Assembly (NCBI GenBank): GCA_964639185.1
Contig: CAZXCN010000002.1
Coordinates: forward strand, 30,409 to 94,408
Direction: 5' to 3'
Origin: an uncultured Candidatus Saccharibacteria bacterium
Lineage (GTDB): Bacteria; Patescibacteriota; Minisyncoccia; Phycocordibacterales; UBA9973
DNA length: 64,000 nucleotides
Shown here in pieces: positions 39,595 through 48,545 of the stretch. The notes under the pieces were generated by a model. That model saw only the letters and a program-made list of their open reading frames with translations, did not search any database and had not been told where the DNA came from. Made by a program: the position numbers and the translations under genes. The stretch's first letter is position 1. Every line of letters begins with the position of its first letter.

Positions 39595-40521
39595 ATGTAC
39601 GATTTAATTATTTTAGGGGGTGGACCTGCTGGCTGTGCTGCCGCTGTGTATTCTGCTCGCAAACAACTCAAAACAGCAATTATTACGGCAGAATTTGGTG
39701 GTCAATCCACAGTATCCGAGACAATATACAACTGGATAGGTACTCCAGAAATAAGTGGTGCGGATTTAGGTACAAGTCTTAAAAAACATGTTGAATATTA
39801 CAAAGGTGAATTCCTCGACATAATAGAGGGTGAAAAAATTGCAAAAATAACAAAATCTGACAATATTTTTACGGTAACAAGTGAAGGTGGTAAAGAATAT
39901 ACATCCAAATCAATACTTGTAGCTACAGGTAGTGGTCGTCGCAAACTCGAAGCTATAAATGCAGATAAATTTGAACACAAAGGTATCACTTACTGCGCAT
40001 CTTGTGATGGGCCACTATTTTCAGGTCAGGATGTTGTAGTTATAGGTGGTGGTAATGCTGGATTTGAATCTGCTGCACAATTGTTAGCATATTGTAAAAG
40101 TGTTACTTTGATACACAGAAATAAAGAATTTAAGGCTGATGAAATTACTGTAAAGAAAGTAATGGCCAATCCAAAATTCAAAGTCATCACAGACGCAGAA
40201 ACAATACGTATCGATGGTGAAATGTTTGTATCATCCTTAACATACAGAGACAGAATCACCGGTGATGAAAATGTATTACAAACAACAGGTGTCTTTGTAG
40301 AAATAGGTCAAATTCCAAATACAAGCTTTGTAAAAGGCCTAGTAGACATGAACCCTATAAATAACATCATTATCGATCCAACCACCCAAACATCCTCTAT
40401 AGAGGGCTTGTGGGCCGCTGGTGACTGTACAGATGTGAAGTACCACCAGAACAACATAGCTGCAGGCGATGCTGTCCGCGCTCTTGAAGATATATATATC
40501 TGGATACACAGAAATTCATAA
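39595..40521 (+). CDS. Thioredoxin-disulfide reductase (TrxB/AhpF C-terminal type)
   Basis: GGGPAG, YCASCDG, GGGNAG, AAGDCT. Confidence 0.92.
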   Translation: MYDLIILGGGPAGCAAAVYSARKQLKTAIITAEFGGQSTVSETIYNWIGTPEISGADLGTSLKKHVEYYKGEFLDIIEGEKIAKITKSDNIFTVTSEGGKEYTSKSILVATGSGRRKLEAINADKFEHKGITYCASCDGPLFSGQDVVVIGGGNAGFESAAQLLAYCKSVTLIHRNKEFKADEITVKKVMANPKFKVITDAETIRIDGEMFVSSLTYRDRITGDENVLQTTGVFVEIGQIPNTSFVKGLVDMNPINNIIIDPTTQTSSIEGLWAAGDCTDVKYHQNNIAAGDAVRALEDIYIWIHRNS

Positions 40522-40533
40522 TTTTAAAATAAA

Positions 40534-40563
40534 AAAAATGGACATACATGTATGTCCATTTTT
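40534..40563. terminator. Perfect 30-bp palindrome, bidirectional terminator candidate
   Basis: AAAAATGGACATACATGTATGTCCATTTTT. Confidence 0.65.
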
Positions 40564-40583
40564 GCTTTAGATTTTCTAATTTT

Positions 40584-40739
40584 CTACTTTTTAATTTTTT
40601 TAATCTTTGGCAATTCAGCCTGGTTTTTTTGATCGTCCCAATCATGGAAACTTCTACCCCCAAAATCATTGCGGAAAACATTATTTCCACGGCCACTGGG
40701 TCGGCCACTTTTTTCGAAATCATTGTCTCTACGTGCCAT
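40584..40739 (-). CDS. Putative 51-aa small charged/disordered protein
   Basis: Manual translation MARRDNDFEKSGRPSGRG...PKIKKIKK; upstream TTTACA-N16-TATTAT and downstream terminator. Confidence 0.55.
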   Translation of the reverse strand: MARRDNDFEKSGRPSGRGNNVFRNDFGGRSFHDWDDQKNQAELPKIKKIKK

Positions 40740-40836
40740 TTTTATGGTTTTTATTTTTTATAAATAATACCATATATGAAAAACATGTAAACCCCCTACA
40801 CTCATGCATGAGTATAGGGGTAAGCCTCCACAAATT

Positions 40837-41589
40837 CTACCTCTTTACTATCTGCTCTAGCTTTTCAAGCTCTTCTATAGAATTTACCCCCAAAGCCTCC
40901 TCAGGGCTGATAGACACGCTAGCTATACTACCTTCATTTGCCGCTATTTGGACCAAATCAGTGAGATAATACTCACCTTGGGCATTTGTATTACCTATCT
41001 TATCCAAGCTCTCAAAAAGCCATTTTTTATCAAAGCAAAAATAGCATGGGTTTATCTCTGTTATTGTTTTTTGCTCATCTGTTGTGTCTTTGAATTCCAC
41101 GCTCTTTTCGATTTCCCCATCAGGGCCACGAACAATACGACTGAAAGGTTTATAGAATACTTGATACCAATCATCAAAATTCGGTACTGTTACAGTAGCC
41201 ATTGTTAATAGGCAGGCCTTTGCGTTATGTACATTATTCAAATTTGCAATCATAGCACCAGTTACTGCTGGAGCATCTCCGTACAAAACTATTATATTAT
41301 CTATTTCTTCATCTATGCTATCTTTAGTTATTTTTACAGCATGGCCAGTACCCAACTGCTCATCTTGATATACATATTTTGCACGAACCCCTACATGATT
41401 CATTATTTCTTCCTTTTTGTAACCCACCACTACGATAGGCTTGGTTTGTATGCCACTATTTTGTACAGCATCTAATAAACAATCAATCATCGGTTTACCG
41501 TGGAAATGCACAAGTGCTTTTGGATGCTCTACATTCATTCTTTTACCTTTGCCTCCAGCAAGGATTATTATTTGAGTCTTTGAGTTCAT
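40837..41589 (-). CDS. Sugar-phosphate nucleotidyltransferase (GlmU N-terminal domain only)
   Basis: ILAGGKGKRM, PKAL, QLGTGHAV, LYGD, NAQGEYYLTD; no beta-helix acetyltransferase domain. Confidence 0.88.
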   Translation of the reverse strand: MNSKTQIIILAGGKGKRMNVEHPKALVHFHGKPMIDCLLDAVQNSGIQTKPIVVVGYKKEEIMNHVGVRAKYVYQDEQLGTGHAVKITKDSIDEEIDNIIVLYGDAPAVTGAMIANLNNVHNAKACLLTMATVTVPNFDDWYQVFYKPFSRIVRGPDGEIEKSVEFKDTTDEQKTITEINPCYFCFDKKWLFESLDKIGNTNAQGEYYLTDLVQIAANEGSIASVSISPEEALGVNSIEELEKLEQIVKR

Positions 41590-41609
41590 AAAGATATGTT
41601 TGTTTTAAA

Positions 41610-41987
41610 TTACCTACTTAGGCCGTATAATCTAACATTATAAACATTGTATGGTGATTCATAAGGTGGTTCACCGATAGTACATGTTGGAGTCGTCATA
41701 GGCATATTAAGGCCTAATATCCATTTACCTGAAGATGCTTGACCGTATGTGCGAGTACCTGATGGTATAACAAGCAATGATGACTGCCCAAATGTACCTG
41801 AAGTAGTAATATCACCCTGAGCTCCGAAACAATTGATAGTAGGAGTTGTAGGAGTAGATAATATTCGTCCACCAAATGGCCTATACACACTAAAATAAGC
41901 AAAACTAGTACTTGATATCAAGCTTGCACCCAGCAAAACAAGGGTAAAAACACCTGCTTCTAATATACTTTTTAGTTTATTTTTCAT
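41610..41987 (-). CDS. Hypothetical secreted protein (PFGG motif, two Cys)
   Basis: Signal peptide from ATG at 41987; TGGTATAAT 6 nt upstream. Confidence 0.65.
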   Translation of the reverse strand: MKNKLKSILEAGVFTLVLLGASLISSTSFAYFSVYRPFGGRILSTPTTPTINCFGAQGDITTSGTFGQSSLLVIPSGTRTYGQASSGKWILGLNMPMTTPTCTIGEPPYESPYNVYNVRLYGLSR

Positions 41988-42106
41988 CCCTGTATTATAC
42001 CAGAAATAGCGAATTAATAAAGGGGGGTAAACTTTCGTAAAGCAAGGTGGAGTATTTTTTAAATTGACTTTTATTGTTTTCAATGTTATGATTTTTAAAA
42101 AATAAT

Positions 42107-42475
42107 ATGGAAAAAATATCAAGAACCAGAGCATTTTTATTGCTCATTCCAGCTATCGCAGTAGCGATAATAGCATTTTTCTGCTTTTCAAAAGTAGGAA
42201 TCTTACTACTCTTTTGCGCCACCGCGTATTCTGCAGTTATGTGGACAGTTGTGGGCTGGCCAAAAGGAATTCCTCGCAAAGCTCCATTAATAATGATTGT
42301 AGTTCATTTTATTGTTACTGTTATTTTATTTAGTGACAAACTACACAATTACCCAGTAGCAATTGATATTTCATCAATTATGACATTTTTGGTAATAATT
42401 GGAGTTTGGTTAAACCTTAGTCAAAAAAATACTTTAAATGAAATCCAAACACCAGTAGATATAATAGATATCTAA
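42107..42475 (+). CDS. Hypothetical 4-TM membrane protein
   Basis: Hydrophobic ORF with ATG start, followed by a terminator. Confidence 0.6.
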   Translation: MEKISRTRAFLLLIPAIAVAIIAFFCFSKVGILLLFCATAYSAVMWTVVGWPKGIPRKAPLIMIVVHFIVTVILFSDKLHNYPVAIDISSIMTFLVIIGVWLNLSQKNTLNEIQTPVDIIDI

Positions 42476-42491
42476 ATCAATTTATTTAAAT

Positions 42492-42537
42492 AAAATAGCA
42501 GTTTTCGATCGTATGATCAGAAGCTGCTATTTTTTTT
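42492..42537. terminator. Terminator
   Basis: AAAATAGCAG...CTGCTATTTT with T-tract. Confidence 0.65.
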
Positions 42538-42585
42538 GCGTGATATAGAGTTAAATAAATAACTCGTTGCAACTCACAAATTTTC

Positions 42586-42789
42586 CAGAGAACCGCGAGT
42601 ACGCTTTCGGTCAGGGATATTTTACATGTCGTCACATGTAAAATTCCACGACCCTGACTCGTCTATTTTTTCTACTGAAAAAACATGACTCCGTCTTTCG
42701 ATTCTCTGACGCACGTGACGCAGGTCACGTGCTTGGGGTCACAAATTAAAAAACCCTCTTTCGAGAGTTTTTTTTAATTTGTGACCCCA
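42586..42789. repeat. Multi-hairpin element containing an inverted, interrupted copy of the tRNA-Glu 3' end
   Basis: 20-bp inverted repeat 42734-42753/42770-42789; TTCGATTCTCTG at 42697; several nested stems. Confidence 0.75.
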
Positions 42790-42853
42790 CAGAGAATCGA
42801 ACTCTGATTGACGGATTGAAAACCCGGTGTCCTAACCGTTAGACGATGGGGCC
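42782..42853 (-). tRNA. tRNA-Glu(TTC)
   Basis: GGCCCCA acceptor, TTC anticodon, GTTCGATTC T-loop; CCA not encoded. Confidence 0.93.
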
Positions 42854-42940
42854 AATTAGGATTTTTGTAGTATAACATCTTTTAAAAAAAATGCAAAAAA
42901 TTACAAGGTGCGCGATAGTGGATTCAAGACCAACACAAGG

Positions 42941-43013
42941 TGCGCGATAAGGGATTCGAACCCCTGGCCTTCCCCACGTCAAGGGGACGCTCTACCAACT
43001 GAGCTAACCGCGC
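42941..43013 (-). tRNA. tRNA-Val(GAC)
   Basis: GCGCGGT..AGCTCAGTTGGTAGAGC, TCCCC-TTGACGT-GGGGA, GGTTCGAATCC. Confidence 0.95.
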
Positions 43014-43060
43014 ATATTTAAATTTACTTTTCCCACCAAAACAGCATAACCGCGCATATT

Positions 43061-43636
43061 TTATTTCTCTAAAAAGCTTTTTACTATTTCTGTGGCATCG
43101 AGGACAGCTTTATTCAAATCGATATTTTCTACTACAGCATCACATTTATGTTCGTAAGTAAATTCCTCTTCGGCACGAGCTATACGCATATTGATCTTGT
43201 CTTCAGTTTCAGTACCTCGTGATACCAAACGCTCACGAATTAATTCCAATGGAGTTTTAATAAAAACAACCAATGCATCGTCGCCAAATATTTCCTTGAT
43301 CCTCATTGCACCTTTTACATCTACATCGGACACAGGTATTTTACCTTCATTGTGAATACGTTCAAGCTCGCTCTTTAATGTGCCGTAATATGTATCAGTG
43401 TAAACCTCTTCCCATTCAACAAAGTCGCCTTTTGCAACACGTTCTTGGAAAACTTGGGGTGTTAGGAAATAATAATCCACTCCATCCTTCTCACCCCCAC
43501 GTATTGAACGTGAAGTAGCGCTAGAATAAAATGACAAGTCATGTATCCAACCCATCACGCTACGAAGTACTGTAGTTTTACCACTACCTGATGGCCCACA
43601 AAAAACTATTATTTTATTTTTCCAATTATTATTCAT
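43061..43636 (-). CDS. gmk: Guanylate kinase
   Basis: GPSGSGKTT, SATSR, DGVDYYF, YYGT. Confidence 0.96.
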   Translation of the reverse strand: MNNNWKNKIIVFCGPSGSGKTTVLRSVMGWIHDLSFYSSATSRSIRGGEKDGVDYYFLTPQVFQERVAKGDFVEWEEVYTDTYYGTLKSELERIHNEGKIPVSDVDVKGAMRIKEIFGDDALVVFIKTPLELIRERLVSRGTETEDKINMRIARAEEEFTYEHKCDAVVENIDLNKAVLDATEIVKSFLEK

Positions 43637-43688
43637 TTATACAATACATACTACTAAAATATTGTATTTTTTGCTATAGTCATAAAAT

Positions 43689-44735
43689 ATGAAAATACTT
43701 GCAATAGAAACAAGTTGCGACGACACTGGCATAGCCATTGTAGACATAAATGATACATCTATTACAATACTCGCCAATATTGTAAACACGCAAACCATTC
43801 ATGCAGGATACGGTGGTGTATTCCCTGCTATGGCGAAACGCGAACATATAGCCAATATACAAGGCGTGTACGAAGAAGCTTGTAATGTGGCCAATATCGA
43901 CCCAGACAAACTAAATATAGATGCCATAGCTGTTACTGTTGGTCCTGGCCTCGAGCCTTCTTTATGGGTGGGTATTACATTTGCAAAAGAATTGAGTGAA
44001 CGATTCAATACTCCCATTATTCCAGTAAATCATATGGAGGGGCATTTACTTTCAAGCTTACTTCCAGAATACAAAATTGGTAAAGAAGTTATTTTTAGGC
44101 AAATGCCTAAAAATGCTATTTCATTATTGGTATCTGGCGGTCACACACAGCTGGTGAACATAGGTGGTGTAGGTAATTATAAAATTATTGGCACTACCCT
44201 CGACGATGCTGTGGGTGAAGCATTCGATAAAGTTGCTCGTATGCTCGACTTGCCATACCCAGGTGGGCCAGCTATTTCAAAATTAGCAGAAGCATACAGA
44301 AGTAAAAATATTGAAACAGATTTAAATTTTCCCCGCCCAATGTTGCACTCCAAAGATTATAATTTCTCTTTTTCTGGATTGAAAACTTCTATCCTTTACC
44401 ATATCCGCGACAACCCAATACAAAATGAAGATAATAAGATGGCTATAGCATGCGAGTTTGAAAATGCTGCAACAGAAGTAATACTAAAAAAGACAATCAA
44501 AGCTATCGAAGAATATGGCGCTACTCATTTACTACTTGGTGGTGGTGTTGCAGCTAATAAATATCTACAAGCTGAACTTGATCATGCCGGTAATAATAAT
44601 GGATTTATTGTTTACCACCCTGTTCGCCAAATCACTGGCGACAATGCGCTCATGATAGCTATTGCTGGTTATTTCAACCCAAAAAATTCAAAAATTCCCA
44701 AAGGCTTAACAGCCGACGGAAATCTAAAGGTTTAA
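43689..44735 (+). CDS. tsaD: t6A synthase TsaD
   Basis: IETSCDDT, HMEGH, SGGHT, GEAFDK, FSFSGLKT, DNALMIA. Confidence 0.97.
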   Translation: MKILAIETSCDDTGIAIVDINDTSITILANIVNTQTIHAGYGGVFPAMAKREHIANIQGVYEEACNVANIDPDKLNIDAIAVTVGPGLEPSLWVGITFAKELSERFNTPIIPVNHMEGHLLSSLLPEYKIGKEVIFRQMPKNAISLLVSGGHTQLVNIGGVGNYKIIGTTLDDAVGEAFDKVARMLDLPYPGGPAISKLAEAYRSKNIETDLNFPRPMLHSKDYNFSFSGLKTSILYHIRDNPIQNEDNKMAIACEFENAATEVILKKTIKAIEEYGATHLLLGGGVAANKYLQAELDHAGNNNGFIVYHPVRQITGDNALMIAIAGYFNPKNSKIPKGLTADGNLKV

Positions 44736-44771
44736 TTTTGGAAATATACACAAAAATGCTATATTTTGTGT

Positions 44772-47051
44772 ATGAATAATGACGATTTAAATATTGATCC
44801 AAGGCTTTTGAAGCCATACAACCCTATTGATACTGAGGATCGTATTTACAAACTGTGGGAGGATAGTGGGTTTTTTAATCCAGACAAATGCATAGATGCA
44901 GGCTTAGTTGATGATCAAGCAAAACCATTCTCTATAGTGCTACCCCCTCCAAATGTTACAGGTACACTTCACATAGGTCATGCATCTATGCTCGTAATCG
45001 AAGACATCATGGTTCGCTTTGCACGTATGCAAGGCCGGCCAACACTGTGGCTACCTGGTACTGATCATGCAGCTATCGCTACTCAAAGTAAAGTTGAAAA
45101 GATATTGGAAAAAGAAGAAGGCAAAAGAAAGTCCGACCTTGGCCGTGAAGAATTCCTCTCTCGTGTAAATAAATTTGCCCAAGAATCACACGATACTATC
45201 GTGAATCAGATGAAGAAGATGGGTGCAAGTGTAGACTGGTCACGTGAAGCATTTACACTTGATGATAAACGAAATATAGCTGTTCGTACTGCATTCAAAC
45301 AAATGTATGATGATGGTCTGATATATCGTGGGCATCGCATTGTAAACTGGGATCCAAAAGGTCAGACTGTAATATCCGATGATGAAGTAGTGAGTGAAGA
45401 ACGTAAAGCAAAATTATATACATTTAAATATTCAGCCGACTTCCCTATTTCTATCTCTACCACTCGCCCAGAGACAAAATTGGGTGATACAGCAGTAGCA
45501 GTTAATCCAACAGATGAAAGATACACTCAATATATTGGCCAAACATTTATAGTAGATGATTTCTGCGGAGAAAGATTGGAAATAAAAATCATTGCCGACG
45601 AACATGTAGAAAAAGAGTTTGGCACCGGAGCTCTAGGAGTGACCCCAGCTCACAGCCAGATCGATGCCGAGATGGCAACGCGTCATGGCTTGCCGACCAA
45701 GCAAGTTATCAATGAATTTGCCAAGATGATGGTAGGTAATGAATCTATTTTAGGTAAAAAAACAACAGAAGCCCGAACACAAGTTGTAGAATGGCTGAAA
45801 GAAAATAATTTATTAGAGGGCGAGGAGGAAATAAATCAAAATATCCCAACTGCTGAAAGAACAGGCGGTATCATAGAACCATTACCAAAATTACAATGGT
45901 TCATCAATGTAAATAAACCAATAGAATCTCGTGGTAAAAAAACATTAAAAGAACTCATGCTTGAACCAGTAAAAGCAGGCTCAATTGGCATTCTCCCCGA
46001 CCGTTTTGAAAAAGTTTACTATAACTGGGTAGAAAATTTACGTGACTGGTGTATAAGTCGCCAGATATGGTACGGGCACAGGATTCCAGTTTGGTACCGT
46101 CTAACAAGCGGCACCTTAGATAAGGGTGGACTTGGAATGAAAGCTTTTGAAAATGGTTTGGCTGAAATGTACTGTGGTGTAAATCCACCAGAAGGAAAAA
46201 TTAATGATCGTACTGATTATTTTGATGCAAATAGCTGGACTCAAGACGAAGACACTCTAGACACTTGGTTCTCTTCGGGTCTTTGGACTTTCTCAACTTT
46301 AGGGTGGCCTAATCTTGATTCATCTGATCTAAAGAAATATCACCCAACAACAGTTCTTGAAACTGGATACGATATTATATTCTTCTGGGTTGCACGCATG
46401 ATCCTTATGTCACAATATTTAATAGGTGAAATACCTTTCGAAACAGTCTACTTGCATGGCCTTGTACGCGATGCTAAAGGTCGCAAGATGAGTAAATCCC
46501 TAGGTAATATTATTGACCCTATTGATATGATAAATAAGTATGGTGCAGATGCAGTTCGCATGTCATTGATCATCGGCACAGGACCAGGTAATGACAGTAA
46601 AATGTCCGAAGATAAAATTAAAGCTTACAAACATTTCGCAAATAAATTGTGGAATATTACACGATTCATAATGACCTATACCGAAGGTACACAATACGAT
46701 GCAACATTTACAAACTTTACAGATGCAGATTTGGAATTAATAAAAGAACGTGATGAATTGATCAGTACAATCACAAAAGAAATATCTGAATACAAATTCT
46801 ATTTGGCAGGTGACAAGATATATCAATACACATGGGCGCGACTTGCCGATGTAATACTCGAGGAAAGTCGCCCAATATTTACAAATGGTACAGATGAAGA
46901 AAAGGCTTCTCGAGCACAGTTCTTACTTTATACATTACAAAACATCATAAAAACATTGCATCCATTCATGCCATATGTTACCGAAGAATTATGGTCAATA
47001 TTACCAGTTAAAAAATCAAACCTTTTAATGGTTGAGAGATGGCCGAGATAA
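44772..47051 (+). CDS. valS: Valine--tRNA ligase (no C-terminal coiled-coil arm)
   Basis: PPPNVTGTLHIGH, TTRPET, WCISRQ, KMSKS; likely ATG at 44772. Confidence 0.97.
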   Translation: MNNDDLNIDPRLLKPYNPIDTEDRIYKLWEDSGFFNPDKCIDAGLVDDQAKPFSIVLPPPNVTGTLHIGHASMLVIEDIMVRFARMQGRPTLWLPGTDHAAIATQSKVEKILEKEEGKRKSDLGREEFLSRVNKFAQESHDTIVNQMKKMGASVDWSREAFTLDDKRNIAVRTAFKQMYDDGLIYRGHRIVNWDPKGQTVISDDEVVSEERKAKLYTFKYSADFPISISTTRPETKLGDTAVAVNPTDERYTQYIGQTFIVDDFCGERLEIKIIADEHVEKEFGTGALGVTPAHSQIDAEMATRHGLPTKQVINEFAKMMVGNESILGKKTTEARTQVVEWLKENNLLEGEEEINQNIPTAERTGGIIEPLPKLQWFINVNKPIESRGKKTLKELMLEPVKAGSIGILPDRFEKVYYNWVENLRDWCISRQIWYGHRIPVWYRLTSGTLDKGGLGMKAFENGLAEMYCGVNPPEGKINDRTDYFDANSWTQDEDTLDTWFSSGLWTFSTLGWPNLDSSDLKKYHPTTVLETGYDIIFFWVARMILMSQYLIGEIPFETVYLHGLVRDAKGRKMSKSLGNIIDPIDMINKYGADAVRMSLIIGTGPGNDSKMSEDKIKAYKHFANKLWNITRFIMTYTEGTQYDATFTNFTDADLELIKERDELISTITKEISEYKFYLAGDKIYQYTWARLADVILEESRPIFTNGTDEEKASRAQFLLYTLQNIIKTLHPFMPYVTEELWSILPVKKSNLLMVERWPR

Positions 47052-47743
47052 GTATAAAAACTTTAGCATATGCCATACTAGGTGGTGTTATACCCTCGAT
47101 ATTTTGGCTATGGTTTTGGCTTCGTGAAGAAGACAAAAACAACAAAGAGCCTCGTGGATTAATCATACTTTCATTTATTACCGGAGCATTAGTAGTAATA
47201 TTGGCTTTGGGTGTAGAGAGGCTGACTTCTAATTTTGTTGATCCTGGTAATATACGAGTAATATTATGGGCAGCTGTCGAAGAGATATTGAAATACGGGG
47301 CCGTAGCAGTAGTTATTATAGGTAGTAGTGCTATACGCAAACCTATCGACTACCCTATGTATTTTATTGCTGTTGCATTAGGTTTTGCAGCTTTGGAAAA
47401 TGTATTATTTTTATTACAACCACTCACAACTGATGGCACAATAGTTGCGGCACTTACAGGAAATATGCGATTCTTGGGTTCGACACTTTTACATGCTATT
47501 GCAAGTGCATTGATAGGCTCAGCTATGGGTTTAGCATTTTACGAAGATTGGGTTTTACGAAATTTATATATATTTATCGGAGTTATTAGTGCTATCACCT
47601 TGCACTCATTGTTTAATTTATTTATAATGAAAGGAAGCGGTGAGAATTTTTTGCAGGTGTTTGGTTTTATCTGGATCATCGCGATTATAAATATACTTAT
47701 TATGGAAAAGCTGAAGCGTATGGGTGGTGAAGTTATTGCTTAA
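47039..47743 (+). CDS. PrsW family intramembrane protease
   Basis: EP, VEEILKY, GFAALEN, LH motifs; multiple TM. Confidence 0.9.
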   Translation: MAEISIKTLAYAILGGVIPSIFWLWFWLREEDKNNKEPRGLIILSFITGALVVILALGVERLTSNFVDPGNIRVILWAAVEEILKYGAVAVVIIGSSAIRKPIDYPMYFIAVALGFAALENVLFLLQPLTTDGTIVAALTGNMRFLGSTLLHAIASALIGSAMGLAFYEDWVLRNLYIFIGVISAITLHSLFNLFIMKGSGENFLQVFGFIWIIAIINILIMEKLKRMGGEVIA

Positions 47744-47757
47744 GCAACAAAATTATT

Positions 47758-48267
47758 ATGCTAAAAAAGAAATCATTTTTTGAACGTCTAACAGGTGGTA
47801 TGCGTATGGCTGATGAAGAGGAAGAAGTGGTAACTGAGGCCGACACAAAACGTCCTCCTGTTATGCCATCTATGAATATAAAAGCTCCTGTCATAAAAGG
47901 CATAGAAGCTGAACAAGAAGTAGTCGAGGAAGAAGAAGATGCCCAGCTTACTGTTGATGTATATCAAACACCTAATGACATAATGGTGCAGACAATGGTA
48001 GCCGGAGTAGAACCTCAAAATCTATCTGTTACAATCACACATGAGATGGTAATGATCCGTGGTAAACGCGAAGCTCCTCGTGGTATCGATGATGACAAAT
48101 ACATAAATCGTGAATTATATTGGGGTGCATTTTCAAGAACTATCCAATTCCCTCAGGAAATAGAGCCCGATGAAGCAGAAGCTATCGAAAAGAATGGTTT
48201 GCTCACAATCAGACTTCCAAAGATCAACAAACAAAAACAAACAATTCTAAAAATTAAGTCATTCTAA
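47758..48267 (+). CDS. Small heat shock protein Hsp20
   Basis: VDVYQT, ELYWGAFSRTI, NGLLTIRLPK. Confidence 0.92.
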   Translation: MLKKKSFFERLTGGMRMADEEEEVVTEADTKRPPVMPSMNIKAPVIKGIEAEQEVVEEEEDAQLTVDVYQTPNDIMVQTMVAGVEPQNLSVTITHEMVMIRGKREAPRGIDDDKYINRELYWGAFSRTIQFPQEIEPDEAEAIEKNGLLTIRLPKINKQKQTILKIKSF

Positions 48268-48302
48268 AAATAAAAACTCCCATAAAGGGAGTTTTTATTT
48301 TT
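48266..48302. terminator. Bidirectional terminator between hsp20 and tRNA-Phe
   Basis: AAAAATAAAAACTCCC/GGGAGTTTTTATTTTT. Confidence 0.8.
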
Positions 48303-48312
48303 TATTTTTTTG

Positions 48313-48385
48313 TGCTCGGGGGCAGACTTGAACTGCCGACATCTCCCTCTTCAGGGGAGCGCTCTACCAACTGAGCTACCCGAGC
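48313..48385 (-). tRNA. tRNA-Phe(GAA)
   Basis: GCTCGGG acceptor, CTCCC-CTGAAGA-GGGAG anticodon arm, GTTCAAGTC. Confidence 0.95.
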
Positions 48386-48394
48386 AAATTGCTT

Positions 48395-48530
48395 AAAACC
48401 ATCTATCTTTTATTTAAAGTGCGTGTCGCGTTATACCTACCAAAACAGCTACTTGAGCAAACATGAAAACCATCTATCTTTTATTTAAAGTGCGTGTCGC
48501 GTTATACCTACCAAAACAACTACCCGAACA
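48395..48530. repeat. Tandem duplication (71-bp period, 53 bp identical) upstream of tRNA-Phe
   Basis: 48395-48447 is identical to 48466-48518. Confidence 0.9.
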
Positions 48531-48545
48531 TGCTTTTTAAAAAAA

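Noticed and set aside
40397-40969. Track ORFs 40397-40723, 40548-40763 and 40607-40969
   Set aside because: They overlap real genes or cross terminators; the 40584-40739 frame fits the promoter and terminator signals better.
42782-43013. Integrated genomic island at the tRNAs
   Set aside because: No integrase or cargo; the repeats are inverted or only tens of bp apart.
48395-48530. CRISPR array
   Set aside because: Only two 53-bp copies separated by 18 bp, tRNA-related ends, and no cas genes.
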